A DNA stretch of 64,000 bases, from NCBI GenBank assembly GCA_963701855.1, contig CAVPBK010000009.1:224001-288000 (forward strand). The letters run 5' to 3'. The notes below the pieces were generated by a model that made no database searches, was not told the DNA's origin, and saw only the letters and a program-made list of their open reading frames with translations. Source of the stretch: Nitrospirota bacterium. Its GTDB lineage: Bacteria; Nitrospirota; Nitrospiria; Nitrospirales; Nitrospiraceae. The translations under genes and the position numbers were made by a program. Position 1 is the stretch's first letter. Each line of letters opens with the position of its first letter. Shown here in pieces: positions 17,805 to 28,204 of the stretch.

Positions 17805-19280
17805 CTACCGATCAACGGACCTCACCCTCTGTGATTCGACCGGTTTGGCGGTTTCCCCACGCGTCCCTTCGGTCGCCTGCCCGGGCGCGGCAGGGACAGG
17901 AGACCACCCTCCTCCAAGAGCTTTATAGAGCTGAACGACCGAGACCAACTGATTACGGCGCGTCCGAGCCAGAGACAGCTCCGCATTGAACAGGTCGCGC
18001 TGGGCGGTCAGTACGTCAAGATAGTTGGCGCGGCCGCCCTGGTAACGCAGGTCGGCCAGCCGCAACGCGGACTGTAACGCCTCCACCTGCTGCTCCAGCG
18101 CCTCGCGCTGCTCGCGGGTTTTCTGCACGCTGATCAGCGAGTCTTCGACTTCCTGAAACGCCTGTAGGATCGTCTTGAGATATTGTGCAATGGCCTGGTT
18201 GCCCTGCGCCTCGGCGACCTTCACCTGGTAGCCGAGCGCGCTCGCGTTGAAGATCGGTCCGGTCAGCGAAGCCTGGCCCGTGAAGGCCGCAAAGGGCTTG
18301 CTGGAGCTCGAACTCACCGTGAGACTATTTGCGGACATATCGCCGGTGAGCGACAGTTGAGGAAACCGAGCCGCCTGCGCCACGCCGATGTTGGCCGACG
18401 CGGCCATCAGACTCTGCTCGGCCATCATAATGTCAGGCCTCCGCTGGAGCAGCTCGGAGGGCAGGCCGGGCGGCACGTCCGTAGGCACGGGCTGCTCGAT
18501 GAGCAGCCGTCCACGCGGAACCGCCGAGGGCTTGCGTCCCAGCAGCACGCTGATCTGGTTCTCCCGCTGGACGACCTGTCGTTCCAGGTCGGCCAGTTGG
18601 GCGGCCGCGCCGGCACGCTCCGCCATGAACCGATCCAAGTCAAGCTTGGGTATGTCGCCCTGCTGATAGCGAAGCTTTGAGATTCGGACCGACTCCTCCC
18701 AGGCCTTCACCGTCCGCTTGGCGATATCTATCTGAAGGTCCAGGGAACGGAGGTCGAAGTAGCTCTCCGCGACACCACTGACCAGACTCAAGATCACGAC
18801 CCGTTGATTTTCCTGTTTCGACAGCAATTGGGCGCGAGACGCCTCGATCGAGCGGCGGATGCGTCCCCACAGATCCAGTTCCCACTTGAGGCCGACGCCG
18901 ATGGCTTCACGGTTGATCGACAACCCGTTTTTCTGACTCTCTGGAATCGCACCACCCCCGATCGGGAAAGCCGAGGTGTTCGTGTTCCGAAAACCGAAGG
19001 CGGTGCCTTGGTAGGAGAAGGAGGGGATGAGATCGAACTTGGAAATCGTATACTGGGCCTGAAATTCATCAATGTTGGCGGTGGCGATCTGGAGGTCCAG
19101 ATTCTCCATCAGGGCGGTGCGGATCAACTGCTGCAACGTCTCGTCCTTGAGCAATTCCCACCAGGGCAGGTTTGCCATGGATTCTGAGGTGGCGGCCGTC
19201 ACTCGCCAGGACTCGGCTTGCGGCGTCTCAGGCCGTTTGTAGTCCGGGCCCATCATGCAGCCCTGTAGCAAAAATGCCAC
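17805..19280 (-). CDS. RND efflux outer-membrane lipoprotein (NodT/OprM family); true start unclear
   Basis: LQGCMMGPDYKRP, WELDLWGRIRR, PSELLQRRPDI and LYKALGGGW. Confidence 0.92.
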   Translation of the reverse strand: MAFLLQGCMMGPDYKRPETPQAESWRVTAATSESMANLPWWELLKDETLQQLIRTALMENLDLQIATANIDEFQAQYTISKFDLIPSFSYQGTAFGFRNTNTSAFPIGGGAIPESQKNGLSINREAIGVGLKWELDLWGRIRRSIEASRAQLLSKQENQRVVILSLVSGVAESYFDLRSLDLQIDIAKRTVKAWEESVRISKLRYQQGDIPKLDLDRFMAERAGAAAQLADLERQVVQRENQISVLLGRKPSAVPRGRLLIEQPVPTDVPPGLPSELLQRRPDIMMAEQSLMAASANIGVAQAARFPQLSLTGDMSANSLTVSSSSSKPFAAFTGQASLTGPIFNASALGYQVKVAEAQGNQAIAQYLKTILQAFQEVEDSLISVQKTREQREALEQQVEALQSALRLADLRYQGGRANYLDVLTAQRDLFNAELSLARTRRNQLVSVVQLYKALGGGWSPVPAAPGQATEGTRGETAKPVESQRVRSVDR

Positions 19281-19408
19281 ACCTGTGAACAGGACGAGGC
19301 TAGCGAGAATCGCGTGACGGGCACAGACAGCCCTCGATAGCCTATGCGGTGTCTCGCCTTTCTCGCTCTTTCGCGCTTCCTTCCCGCACGTCTCGCTTCC
19401 GATTCATC

Positions 19409-22400
19409 TCAATGCCCTCCTCCGTAACTTCCGCCATCAGGTACAGGGGTTGGCGACAGCGCCGGCCGCAGGGTCGGATGGGAGAGTTCCCCGTCGCCGG
19501 TCTTCTTGGGAGCCCCTGGCGCAGGCCCGCCCGGTTTTGGCCTCTCGTGTTTCCCGCCGAGATGCACCAACGTCTCCACCACATAGTAGGAGACCGGAAC
19601 CAGAAAGATGCCGATCACGCTTGCCGCCGTCATCCCGCCGAACACCGCGAGGCCGAGGAGGATGCGCGCGTGCGCGCCGGCCCCCGACGAGAGAATCAGC
19701 GGCACCACCCCGAGGATGAATGCAAAGGCCGTCATGAGAATCGGGCGCAGCCGCAGCTTGGCGGCGGACAGGGCGGCGTCCGTGATGCTCTTGCCCTGTG
19801 CGTATTCCTCCTTCGCGAACTCGATGATCAGGATCGCGTTTTTGGCGGAGAGACCGATCAGCATCACGAGACCGATCTGGACGAACACGTCGTTTTCGCT
19901 CGCTTGTGGCGCCACCAGCTTGAAGAGATATAACGTACCGAACGCGCCGAACACGGCGATCGGGGTTCCGATAAGTACGCTGAACGGGAGAGCCCAGCTC
20001 TCGTACTGCGCCGCGAGAATCAAAAAGACGAAGAGCAGAGAAAATCCGAATATGACGCTGGCCGGCACGCCCTCAGCCGCCACCTTTTCCTGAAAAGACA
20101 TGGCAATGTAATCGTAGCCCATCTCAACAGGCATAGTCTCCTTGAACACCTCTTCAAGCGCCTGCATCACCTGGCCGGAACTGTAGCCCGTTGCAGCCGA
20201 GACGAACAACTGAGCGCCCCGATAGCCATTGAACCGCATCGTAAACTCCGGCCCCTCTACGGTCTCCATGGAGACCAGAGTGGAGAGCGGTACCATCTCG
20301 CCCGTTACATTCTTCACGTAGAACTGGCCGACATTCTCGGGCATGGTCCGGAACTCGCCGTCGGCCTGCAGATAGACCTGCCACACGCGGCCGAACCGGT
20401 TGAAGTAGTTGATCATCACGCCGCCCATGAAGGCCTGCAGCGTCTGGTACACGTCGCCGAGGTTGACTCCCTGCTTCAGGGCTTTCTCACGGTCCACTCT
20501 CGCGAACACTTGCGGGACACTGGCGAGCAAGGTGGTATTCACCTTGGCAATTTCCGGGCGCTTACGCGCCGCCTCCATGAAGGTCAGCGTGTTCTGGGCC
20601 AGAAAAGCCACCTCCTTGCCGGCGCGGTCCTCGAGGATGAATGAGACGCCGCCCGAGGTGCCGACACCCGGGATGGCCGGCGGCGGGAAGACGAAGGCCT
20701 GCGCCCCGGACAACTCGCCCAGCTTCTCATTGATGGTACGGTAGATCGACTGCAGTTTCTCCTCCGGCTTCTTACGTTCATCCCACGGCGCGAGCGTCAC
20801 AAACATAAACCCATTGTATGTAGACGTGACCGTGCTCAAGAGGCTGAACCCGACAACCGTCGAAACGTACTGCACGCCGGGCGTCTCTTTCAATATCGCC
20901 TCGATCTCTTTACAGACCTCATTCGTGCGTTGAAGGGACGCCGCCGTCGGCAACTGTACGTTCAAATACAAGTACCCCTGGTCTTCAAGCGGCAGGAATC
21001 CGGACGGCAGTTGCGAGCCGAACCAGCCGGTCGCGAGGCTGACCAAGAGGAGAAAGAGCATCGAGAGGCCGGCTTTACGAATCAGAGAGCCGCAGATACT
21101 CACATATCCGTCCGTCACACGGCCAAACCCCCGGTTGAACCATCCGAAGAACCAACCGAGCGGACCTCGCGCCGGTTTCTTCGGCCGTAACAACAAGGCC
21201 GCGAGGGCGGGGCTGAGCGTGAGCGCGTTGAAGGCCGAGATGACGACCGACACGGCGATGGTGACGGCGAACTGCTGGTACAGCCGGCCGGTAATGCCCG
21301 GAATAAAGGCAGTCGGCACGAACACCGCGACCAGGATCAGCGCAATGGCCACGACCGGCCCTGAGACCTGTTCCATGGCCTTGAGCGTCGCGTCCTTGGG
21401 TGAGAGGCCCTTTTCAATCAGGTGCTCCACGGCTTCGACCACCACGATCGCGTCGTCCACGACCAAGCCAATGGCGAGCACGAGACCGAAGAGGGACAGG
21501 GTGTTGATCGAGAAGCCGAGCATCGGAAACAGCATGAAGGTGCCCACCAGCGATACCGGCACTGCCAACAACGGGATCAACGTGGCGCGCCAGCCCTGGA
21601 GAAAAATATAGACGACGATGATCACGAGGACCAGGGCTTCGAAGAGGGTGTGCACAATCTCATTGATGCCCTCCCGCACCGAGAGGGTGGTATCGAGCGA
21701 CGTCACGTAGTCCAGGTCGGCCGGGAACCGCTGCTTCAGATCCTTCATCAGCTTCGTCGCCCGATCCATCGCATCGATCGCGTTTGAGCCTGGCAGTTGG
21801 TAAATGGCGATGAGGGCGGAGGACTTGCCGTTCATTCGGCCGATCTGGCTATAGGACTGGGCCCCCAGCTCAACCCTCGCGACGTCCTTCAGCCGCACCA
21901 GGGATCCGTCGATATTTGCCCGCACGACGATCGCCTCGAACTCCTCCTTGGTGAGCAACCGGCCCTGGGCCCGCACGGTATAGGTGAATTCCTGTCCGGG
22001 CGGCACGGGCTCGGCGCCGACCTGCCCAGCCGGGTTGACGGTGTTCTGCTTCTTCACCGCGTCCAGAATCTCTGGCACCGTGATGTTCAGCTTGGCCAGC
22101 ACGTCCGGCCGCACCCAAAACCGCATCGCGTATTCCCCGGCGCCGAAGATCGTGACCTGCCCGATGCCCGGCACGCGCGCCATGGGATCGTTGATATTGA
22201 TGTTGGCGTAATTGGTCAGCCAGATGTTGTCGTAGGTCCCGTTGGGGGAGTAGAGCGAAAAGAGCGCCAGCGGGCTGGTAGTGGACTTTTTGATCGTGAC
22301 GCCATAGTTCCGCACTTCCTGCGGCAACTTGGATTCAGCCTGTGTGTAGCGCATCTGCGACAGGATCTGGTCGTCGTTCGGCTTCGTCGTCACGTCGAAG

Positions 22401-22678
22401 TCCACGTACAGCTTCGTCTGTCCGTTGCTGGCGTTGATCGAATACATGTAGATCATGTTGTCCACGCCCTGCATCTGCTGCTCGATCGGCGTGGCAACCG
22501 ACTGCTCAAGCGTGACGGCGTCCGCGCCCACGTAAGTGGCGCTCAACTGGATTTCCGGCGGCGCAATGTTAGGAAATTGTGCGATGGGAAGCTGGACCAT
22601 GGCGACGATGCCGATCACCGTCATCAGGATCGAAATAACGATCGCCACGATCGGGCGATTGACGAAGAACCTGGCCAT
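19409..22678 (-). CDS. RND efflux permease (HAE1/AcrB family)
   Basis: MARFFVNRPI start, AIGLVVDDAIVVVE, SAKNAILIIEFA and RLRPILMTA. Confidence 0.95.
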   Translation of the reverse strand: MARFFVNRPIVAIVISILMTVIGIVAMVQLPIAQFPNIAPPEIQLSATYVGADAVTLEQSVATPIEQQMQGVDNMIYMYSINASNGQTKLYVDFDVTTKPNDDQILSQMRYTQAESKLPQEVRNYGVTIKKSTTSPLALFSLYSPNGTYDNIWLTNYANININDPMARVPGIGQVTIFGAGEYAMRFWVRPDVLAKLNITVPEILDAVKKQNTVNPAGQVGAEPVPPGQEFTYTVRAQGRLLTKEEFEAIVVRANIDGSLVRLKDVARVELGAQSYSQIGRMNGKSSALIAIYQLPGSNAIDAMDRATKLMKDLKQRFPADLDYVTSLDTTLSVREGINEIVHTLFEALVLVIIVVYIFLQGWRATLIPLLAVPVSLVGTFMLFPMLGFSINTLSLFGLVLAIGLVVDDAIVVVEAVEHLIEKGLSPKDATLKAMEQVSGPVVAIALILVAVFVPTAFIPGITGRLYQQFAVTIAVSVVISAFNALTLSPALAALLLRPKKPARGPLGWFFGWFNRGFGRVTDGYVSICGSLIRKAGLSMLFLLLVSLATGWFGSQLPSGFLPLEDQGYLYLNVQLPTAASLQRTNEVCKEIEAILKETPGVQYVSTVVGFSLLSTVTSTYNGFMFVTLAPWDERKKPEEKLQSIYRTINEKLGELSGAQAFVFPPPAIPGVGTSGGVSFILEDRAGKEVAFLAQNTLTFMEAARKRPEIAKVNTTLLASVPQVFARVDREKALKQGVNLGDVYQTLQAFMGGVMINYFNRFGRVWQVYLQADGEFRTMPENVGQFYVKNVTGEMVPLSTLVSMETVEGPEFTMRFNGYRGAQLFVSAATGYSSGQVMQALEEVFKETMPVEMGYDYIAMSFQEKVAAEGVPASVIFGFSLLFVFLILAAQYESWALPFSVLIGTPIAVFGAFGTLYLFKLVAPQASENDVFVQIGLVMLIGLSAKNAILIIEFAKEEYAQGKSITDAALSAAKLRLRPILMTAFAFILGVVPLILSSGAGAHARILLGLAVFGGMTAASVIGIFLVPVSYYVVETLVHLGGKHERPKPGGPAPGAPKKTGDGELSHPTLRPALSPTPVPDGGSYGGGH

Positions 22679-23901
22679 CAGTTGTCCTTCGAAGAGGGCT
22701 CCGGTTGCGCGGCAGGCGCATCCGGTGCTGTCTGCGGTTCCGTTTCGAACGGAAGGGGGCGGATGGAATCCCCGGCTTTCAGTTTCTGGAGGCCCTCGAC
22801 GACTACCTTCTCTCCGGGCTTGAGTCCCTGCGCAATGATCCACTGGGAGCCGATGCGTTCGCCGACGGTCACCGGCCGAGTCTCCACCTTGTTCTCCGGC
22901 GTGACGACTGCAACCTGGTAGCTGCCCTGCTGTTCGCTCACGGCGCGCTGGGGGACCAGCAGGGCGCCCTGACGAACCGTAACGGAGGCGCGGACCTTCG
23001 CGTACTGGCCCGGTCGCATCACGTTCCCGGGGTTGGGAAACAGAGCGGCGACGCGGATCGTGCCGGTCTTCACATCCACTTGCCGGTCCGCGAGGAAGAA
23101 CCATCCCTTGTGGGGATAGATTTCGCCGTTGCTGAGCACCATTTCGATGCGGGCATCTTTACGCGCTATCGTGGGATCCTGCGTCTCCTGATAACGCTCC
23201 GTCATCAGCCCTGAGAGCTTGAGGTATTCCTGCTCGCTGATCGGAAAATACACCCGGATCGGATCGAGAGTAGACATCGACGTCAACGCGCTGTTGGCAT
23301 CAATCAGATCACCGACCTGCGCCTTGGCAATGCCCACAACTCCGTTGATCGGCGCAAGGACTTTCGTCCATTCCAGGTTCAGCTTCGCCTGATCCACCGC
23401 CGCCTTGGCGGATTCTACGGCAGCCCCCGCGGCCTGATTGGCCTGCACGGAGTCTTGGAACTCCTTCAGACTGATCGCGCCTTCCTTTGCCAGCGGCTGG
23501 TTCCGAGCCACATCGAGCTTCGTCTTGGTGAGCTGCGCCTGCGCCCGCTTGAAGTCACCCGCAGCCTGCTCGAGGGCGGCTTGAAACTTTCGCGGATCAA
23601 TTTGAAACAGGACGTCGCCTTTTTTAACTGCCCCACCTTCCCGATAGTCCCGCTTCAATAAATAACCGGTGACTTGCGACCGGATTTCCGCATTCACGAG
23701 GCCGTCCGTGGTACCGACCCACTCGGAGAAAATCGGCACATCTTTCTGTATCACTTCGGCGACCTGGACCTGGGGCACGGGAGCTGGTGGGGCAGAAGCG
23801 GTCTCGCCTTTGCAGTGAACGAGCGTCAACGCCAACAGGATCAACAACCAGAACGACGCTGCCGCTTTAGGCAGACTTACACTACTCTGTTGATGGACCA
23901 T
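22678..23901 (-). CDS. RND efflux periplasmic adaptor (MFP)
   Basis: EIRSQVTGYL, APINGVVG and MRPGQYAKVR; coupled to the permease. Confidence 0.93.
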   Translation of the reverse strand: MVHQQSSVSLPKAAASFWLLILLALTLVHCKGETASAPPAPVPQVQVAEVIQKDVPIFSEWVGTTDGLVNAEIRSQVTGYLLKRDYREGGAVKKGDVLFQIDPRKFQAALEQAAGDFKRAQAQLTKTKLDVARNQPLAKEGAISLKEFQDSVQANQAAGAAVESAKAAVDQAKLNLEWTKVLAPINGVVGIAKAQVGDLIDANSALTSMSTLDPIRVYFPISEQEYLKLSGLMTERYQETQDPTIARKDARIEMVLSNGEIYPHKGWFFLADRQVDVKTGTIRVAALFPNPGNVMRPGQYAKVRASVTVRQGALLVPQRAVSEQQGSYQVAVVTPENKVETRPVTVGERIGSQWIIAQGLKPGEKVVVEGLQKLKAGDSIRPLPFETEPQTAPDAPAAQPEPSSKDN

Positions 23902-23984
23902 TGACGTTTCCTCACTCGTTGATTCGCATCAGAGGTGTCAAAACTTTTGAACAGCCTCTTTTCGCAACTCCCGTTAGGTAATTC

Positions 23985-24001
23985 AGCAACTCCGATGCCA
24001 A
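23985..24001 (-). promoter_or_regulatory. sigma54 (-24/-12) promoter for the RND-DUF4410-pqi genes
   Basis: TTGGCATCGGAGTTGCT (GG-N10-GC) ~85 bp upstream of the MFP start. Confidence 0.7.
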
Positions 24002-24254
24002 TTTAGACAAACACAACACAGTCTCAGTAAACATAGATTCACTGAGTGATTCGGCAATGGAGATGACGATCGCACCCAGTCCTGCCTACGTTTGCGGGGA
24101 ATTATACGACAATTGATAGCAGGAGAGTGCGGCGAAATGCAACAGTGGAAGAATCCCAGATGGCGATGTCTGACTCAAGCGAGACGGGCGAGAATGGGCG
24201 GGAAAAGCAGGACGGAGGAGAATGGACAAACGTGCGCCCACTCATGTTTTTCCC

Positions 24255-25568
24255 TCAGGCAGATAGACTCTTTTCCATCAGCTTTAGAGCCACGAGCAGG
24301 TTCGCTTGTGTCCACAAGAGAGGCGTTTGGTCATTAGGTACATATCTTCCTCTCTCCAGATAGTAGGCCTCCGGGCATTGGAATTCTTGAATGCCCTTGA
24401 CCTTCCCCGTGAGCTGGCCAAGCGAACGATTGAAGTAGTAGGTCTGTAGGGTGAGATCCCCTCTCCTTGCGGTACGTTGGTATCTTCGGCCGTACGCAGC
24501 CGACATGATGGGATCGAACAGACACCATTGAGCCTCCTGCCCCGGTGCAAGGAGTTTATTTCTCATCTCAACCCTGTCGCTGAAATCGACCGTGCGTTGC
24601 GTCGGGTCTAATTTCTCCTTGTAGTCGGCAGCCCAATAGGAATCACCGATGTACCGCTTGATTCCGTACGGACCCTCCAGACTCCCGGCAATGTCCTTGA
24701 GAATACGACCCCGCATCGCCTCTCCAACGACCTCAAGGGGGTAGACGAGAAATAAGAGCGCGCCATCGTATCGTCGCTTCTTCGTCGAAGACGTTTGGAC
24801 ACATTCATGAGGCAGAATCCTCTTGAGCTCGTTTCGTCCACGTCGCTCCAGCCTGCTCAGAAAGGTGTCGGAGACCCGCGAACTCCGGTCCTTGAGAGCC
24901 GCGCCTGCGCGTCCATCAGATAAGAACGCTCGAAGCTTTGCCAGCCCGGCCACCACCGCTCCGATACTTGAGGCTTCGATCTTCCGTCCTTCTTCCCAAT
25001 GCCCACTGTCCTCGTCCGCCCAATAGCGAATGGCCTCAAAATAACGCGGGAAGAGCGACAGTGTCTCTACCTCATGAGGTGGCGGCTTCAAGATCCCTTC
25101 GCAGGCGAGCCTGCAGTACATCCACAGAAAAATGCCGAGCGCATCGTTCTGCGCATGGGCCCACGTTTCTCGAGACTCCTGAAGGGTGGCGCCATTGAAA
25201 CGGACATGAGGGCGGGACATGGGATCGGCACTCTTGGCTCTCCCCTGGATGAGGTCCTCAAACCGGTGTCGGTTCCGGGCGAAGAACTGTATCAGGGCGG
25301 ACATGATTTGCGCAGCGGCACGCGGGCGGCCAGAGACATACAAGGCATGACTCACATGGACGTTATCCCGGACCCAGACATGCTGGTATCCGCTCCGGCT
25401 GGTTGAACGAGTGACGATGGCAGCAGGAAACAAGTGCGTGCGAAGCGGAGCGAACTTGAACGTGCCTTGACGCTCAAGAAAACGCCGGAGCTGTCTCAGC
25501 CGCGCCGGATCATAATGGTCCGTCATGTAAGGCAGGAGTTTCTCGTTCTGCACAACAATTGGGGGCAT
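24255..25568 (-). CDS. GH15-like six-hairpin glycosidase (glucoamylase/phosphorylase-kinase-like)
   Basis: GYQHVWVRD, HAQNDA, DSGHWEE, GIKRYIGDSY and PLLWTQA. Confidence 0.8.
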   Translation of the reverse strand: MPPIVVQNEKLLPYMTDHYDPARLRQLRRFLERQGTFKFAPLRTHLFPAAIVTRSTSRSGYQHVWVRDNVHVSHALYVSGRPRAAAQIMSALIQFFARNRHRFEDLIQGRAKSADPMSRPHVRFNGATLQESRETWAHAQNDALGIFLWMYCRLACEGILKPPPHEVETLSLFPRYFEAIRYWADEDSGHWEEGRKIEASSIGAVVAGLAKLRAFLSDGRAGAALKDRSSRVSDTFLSRLERRGRNELKRILPHECVQTSSTKKRRYDGALLFLVYPLEVVGEAMRGRILKDIAGSLEGPYGIKRYIGDSYWAADYKEKLDPTQRTVDFSDRVEMRNKLLAPGQEAQWCLFDPIMSAAYGRRYQRTARRGDLTLQTYYFNRSLGQLTGKVKGIQEFQCPEAYYLERGRYVPNDQTPLLWTQANLLVALKLMEKSLSA

Positions 25569-25754
25569 GTCCAGATTCCGGGTTACTATACGAGCGCTTT
25601 ATGTGGCTGGAATCTACTCTAAGAGATGAACGACATCAAATAAAAACCCCCGCCCATCAGAGATATTCGAACCGAAGGTCTCTCCCTCACTCTCCACTAC
25701 TTCTACTTCCTTGACCTCGTAAACCGGCGAATGATAGCCTCGCCTCCCTCTGTA

Positions 25755-25880
25755 GTTGGTCTGGTTCATCTGGTCTATCTCGTCTGTCTGGTCTATCCGG
25801 TTAGTCTGGTTCAAACTAAATAAACAAGAAAGACCGGACAGACGAGATAGACCAGATAGACAAAACAGACCAGCACAAAC
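25755..25880. repeat. 9-mer inverted repeat hairpin immediately upstream of the MltF-like copy 2 RBS
   Basis: TCTGGTTCA/TCTGGTCTA/TCTCGTCTG... followed by AGACCGGAC/AGACGAGAT/AGACCAGAT. Confidence 0.8.
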
Positions 25881-25891
25881 GAGGAGATTCC

Positions 25892-27361
25892 ATGAAGCAT
25901 TTTCTACTGGGCATCCTGTGCGTCTGTACCTCCCTAGCCCTGCCCGCCTTCGCGCAGGATCAACAACCATCGAAGAAACATGAGCTGGCACAAGCCCCTG
26001 TCTTCAAGCCCTGGACAGGGGACCTCGATGGGATGGTCAAGCGCCGCGTCATTCGCGCTTTGGTTGCACCCTCCCGCACGTCGTACTGGCTCAATGGCGC
26101 CCGGCAAACCGGTGTCGAATATGAGCTCCTCAAGGCTTTCGAAAAAGAAATCAACGAAAAATACAAGACACAGGGAAAGCATATCCGCATTTTTGTGACC
26201 ATTATCCCGACGAGGCCCGACCAGCTCATATCGGGACTGTTGGAAGGCCGCGGCGACATCGCCGCCGGTATCTTGACGGTCACGCCGGAACGCCTCGAAC
26301 AGATAGATTTTGGCGAGCCGTTCTTCCGCGGCGTCAGGCAAATCGTGGTGACGGGACCAGCGTCGCCCGAATTAGCCTCGATCGACGATCTTTCCGGCAA
26401 GGAAGTGTTCGTCCGCAAATCGTCGAGCTACTGGACTCATCTCGAAGATCTCAACGAGCGTTTCGCAAAAGAGCAAAGGCCACCGGTCATCCTCAAAGCC
26501 GCGCCGGAGGATCTGCAGGACGACGACCTGCTGGAAATGGTCCATGCGGGACTCGTCGGCACCATCGTCGTCAACCGGTATCAGGCACTGCTGTGGGCAA
26601 AAGTTTTCAAGAAGCTCAAGCCCCGGGAAGACCTGGAGGTGCACAAGGGAGGCGACATCGCCTGGATGATCCGCAAAGACAATCCGAAGCTGAAGGCGGA
26701 GATCGCCACATTCGCGAAGAACTATGGCCAGAAAACCGACTTCGGAAAGGCGCTGGTCAAGAAGTACACCGGCAGCCCACGGGTCGTAAAATCCGCGACG
26801 TCGTCCGACGAGATCAAGAAGTACCAGGCGACAGTCGAGTTCTTTCGAAAATACGGAGCCCAGTATGGCATGGACTATCTGCTCATGATGGCACAGGGCT
26901 ATCAGGAATCCCTGCTTGATCAGAACGCCAAGAGCGACGTCGGCGCGATCGGCGTGATGCAGCTGATGCCGGCCACCGGCAAGGAGATGAACACCGGCGA
27001 CGTTTCGCAACTGGAACCCAACATCCACGCCGGCGTCAAGTACATCAGCATGATGCGGAATGAGTTCTTCGGGAGCGAGCCGATGGACGCGCGCAACAAG
27101 ACCCTCTTTTCATTTGCCGCATACAACGCCGGGCCCGGCCGCGTCCAGAAACTCCGGAAAGAAGCCGAAAAGCAGGGGCTCGATCCAAACGTCTGGTTCA
27201 ACAACGTCGAGGTCATCGCCGCGAAACGGATCGGGGAAGAGACGGTGACCTACGTGGCCAACATCTACAAATACTACGTGGCATATACGCTGGTCGAGCA
27301 ACAGCGAGCAGCAGGAGAGAAAACACGAAGCGAACTGCGGCTGGACGTTCCCAAGCAATGA
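25892..27361 (+). CDS. MltF-like lytic transglycosylase, copy 2
   Basis: GAGGAG RBS, signal peptide, PWTGDLDGM, QGYQES, AYNAGPG; paralog of 6902-8413. Confidence 0.9.
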   Translation: MKHFLLGILCVCTSLALPAFAQDQQPSKKHELAQAPVFKPWTGDLDGMVKRRVIRALVAPSRTSYWLNGARQTGVEYELLKAFEKEINEKYKTQGKHIRIFVTIIPTRPDQLISGLLEGRGDIAAGILTVTPERLEQIDFGEPFFRGVRQIVVTGPASPELASIDDLSGKEVFVRKSSSYWTHLEDLNERFAKEQRPPVILKAAPEDLQDDDLLEMVHAGLVGTIVVNRYQALLWAKVFKKLKPREDLEVHKGGDIAWMIRKDNPKLKAEIATFAKNYGQKTDFGKALVKKYTGSPRVVKSATSSDEIKKYQATVEFFRKYGAQYGMDYLLMMAQGYQESLLDQNAKSDVGAIGVMQLMPATGKEMNTGDVSQLEPNIHAGVKYISMMRNEFFGSEPMDARNKTLFSFAAYNAGPGRVQKLRKEAEKQGLDPNVWFNNVEVIAAKRIGEETVTYVANIYKYYVAYTLVEQQRAAGEKTRSELRLDVPKQ

Positions 27362-27529
27362 AACCTCCCTAGCCCGCCCAATTCATATACGTTTCTGCTG
27401 CAATCGCACGACAAGCGCGAAGAGCGCGACGGGCGGGAAAGGCGGGACGGGCCAGGAGGTTGACGCCTGAACACCTGAGTTGATCACTGCGACATCAGAA
27501 GTGCGCCTCATCCTCACAAGGAGACGACA

Positions 27530-28093
27530 ATGAAGACAAGAGCGATAACCGGGATCATGTGTGTGATACTTGCGCTCGCTGCCTTCCAGCCTTTCTCTGC
27601 AACGGCGGCCGGCAAATCGCCTGAAGCGGCTCAGATTGACCGCGACGTGGATAGTGCATTGAAGAAGCTGTATAAAACCACACCGGAGGCCGAGCTCTTT
27701 CGGAAGGAGGCCAAAGGCATCCTGGTATTTCCTGGCATCGTCAAAGGAGGATTTATTGTGGGCGCCTATTACGGCAAGGGCGCGCTCCGAAAGAACGCAA
27801 CGACAGTCGGCTATTACGACACTATGGCGGCCTCCTACGGCCTGCAGGCAGGAGTCCAAACGTTCGGGTATGTCCTGTTTTTCATGAACGACGAGGCACT
27901 TGCCTATCTCGACAAGAGTGACGGCTGGGAGGTCGGTGTGGGCCCGAGCATTGTCGTGATGGATGCCGGCGCGGCGAAGAGCCTGACCACGACGAGCGGC
28001 CGGAGCGATGTCTACGCATTCATTTTCAGCCAGAAGGGGTTGATGGCGGGGCTCGGACTGCAGGGATCGAAGATCACCAAGATTGACCCCTAG
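27530..28093 (+). CDS. YSC84/SYLF lipid-binding domain exported protein
   Basis: AKGILVFP, GGFIVGAYYGKGAL, SYGLQAG and GLMAGLGLQGSKIT. Confidence 0.88.
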   Translation: MKTRAITGIMCVILALAAFQPFSATAAGKSPEAAQIDRDVDSALKKLYKTTPEAELFRKEAKGILVFPGIVKGGFIVGAYYGKGALRKNATTVGYYDTMAASYGLQAGVQTFGYVLFFMNDEALAYLDKSDGWEVGVGPSIVVMDAGAAKSLTTTSGRSDVYAFIFSQKGLMAGLGLQGSKITKIDP

Positions 28094-28204
28094 CCAAGTT
28101 CGCGTGGACTTTGGGAACGAGGTGCTGACGGAAATACTGGCCGGCATGAAGTGATGCGACCAAATGCGAAGCTGTAGCTCTGATGCTGGCCCTCGTTTTA
28201 CGTT

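Noticed and set aside
22679..23104. N-terminal extension making the RND permease 1231 aa (similar extensions on xfp, glgX, Slp, DUF4410 and the ion channel)
   Set aside because: Overlaps the upstream gene or a repeat; family-typical starts lie downstream
25755..25880. Short repeats as a possible CRISPR array
   Set aside because: Degenerate 9-mers without unique spacers, and no cas genes in the window
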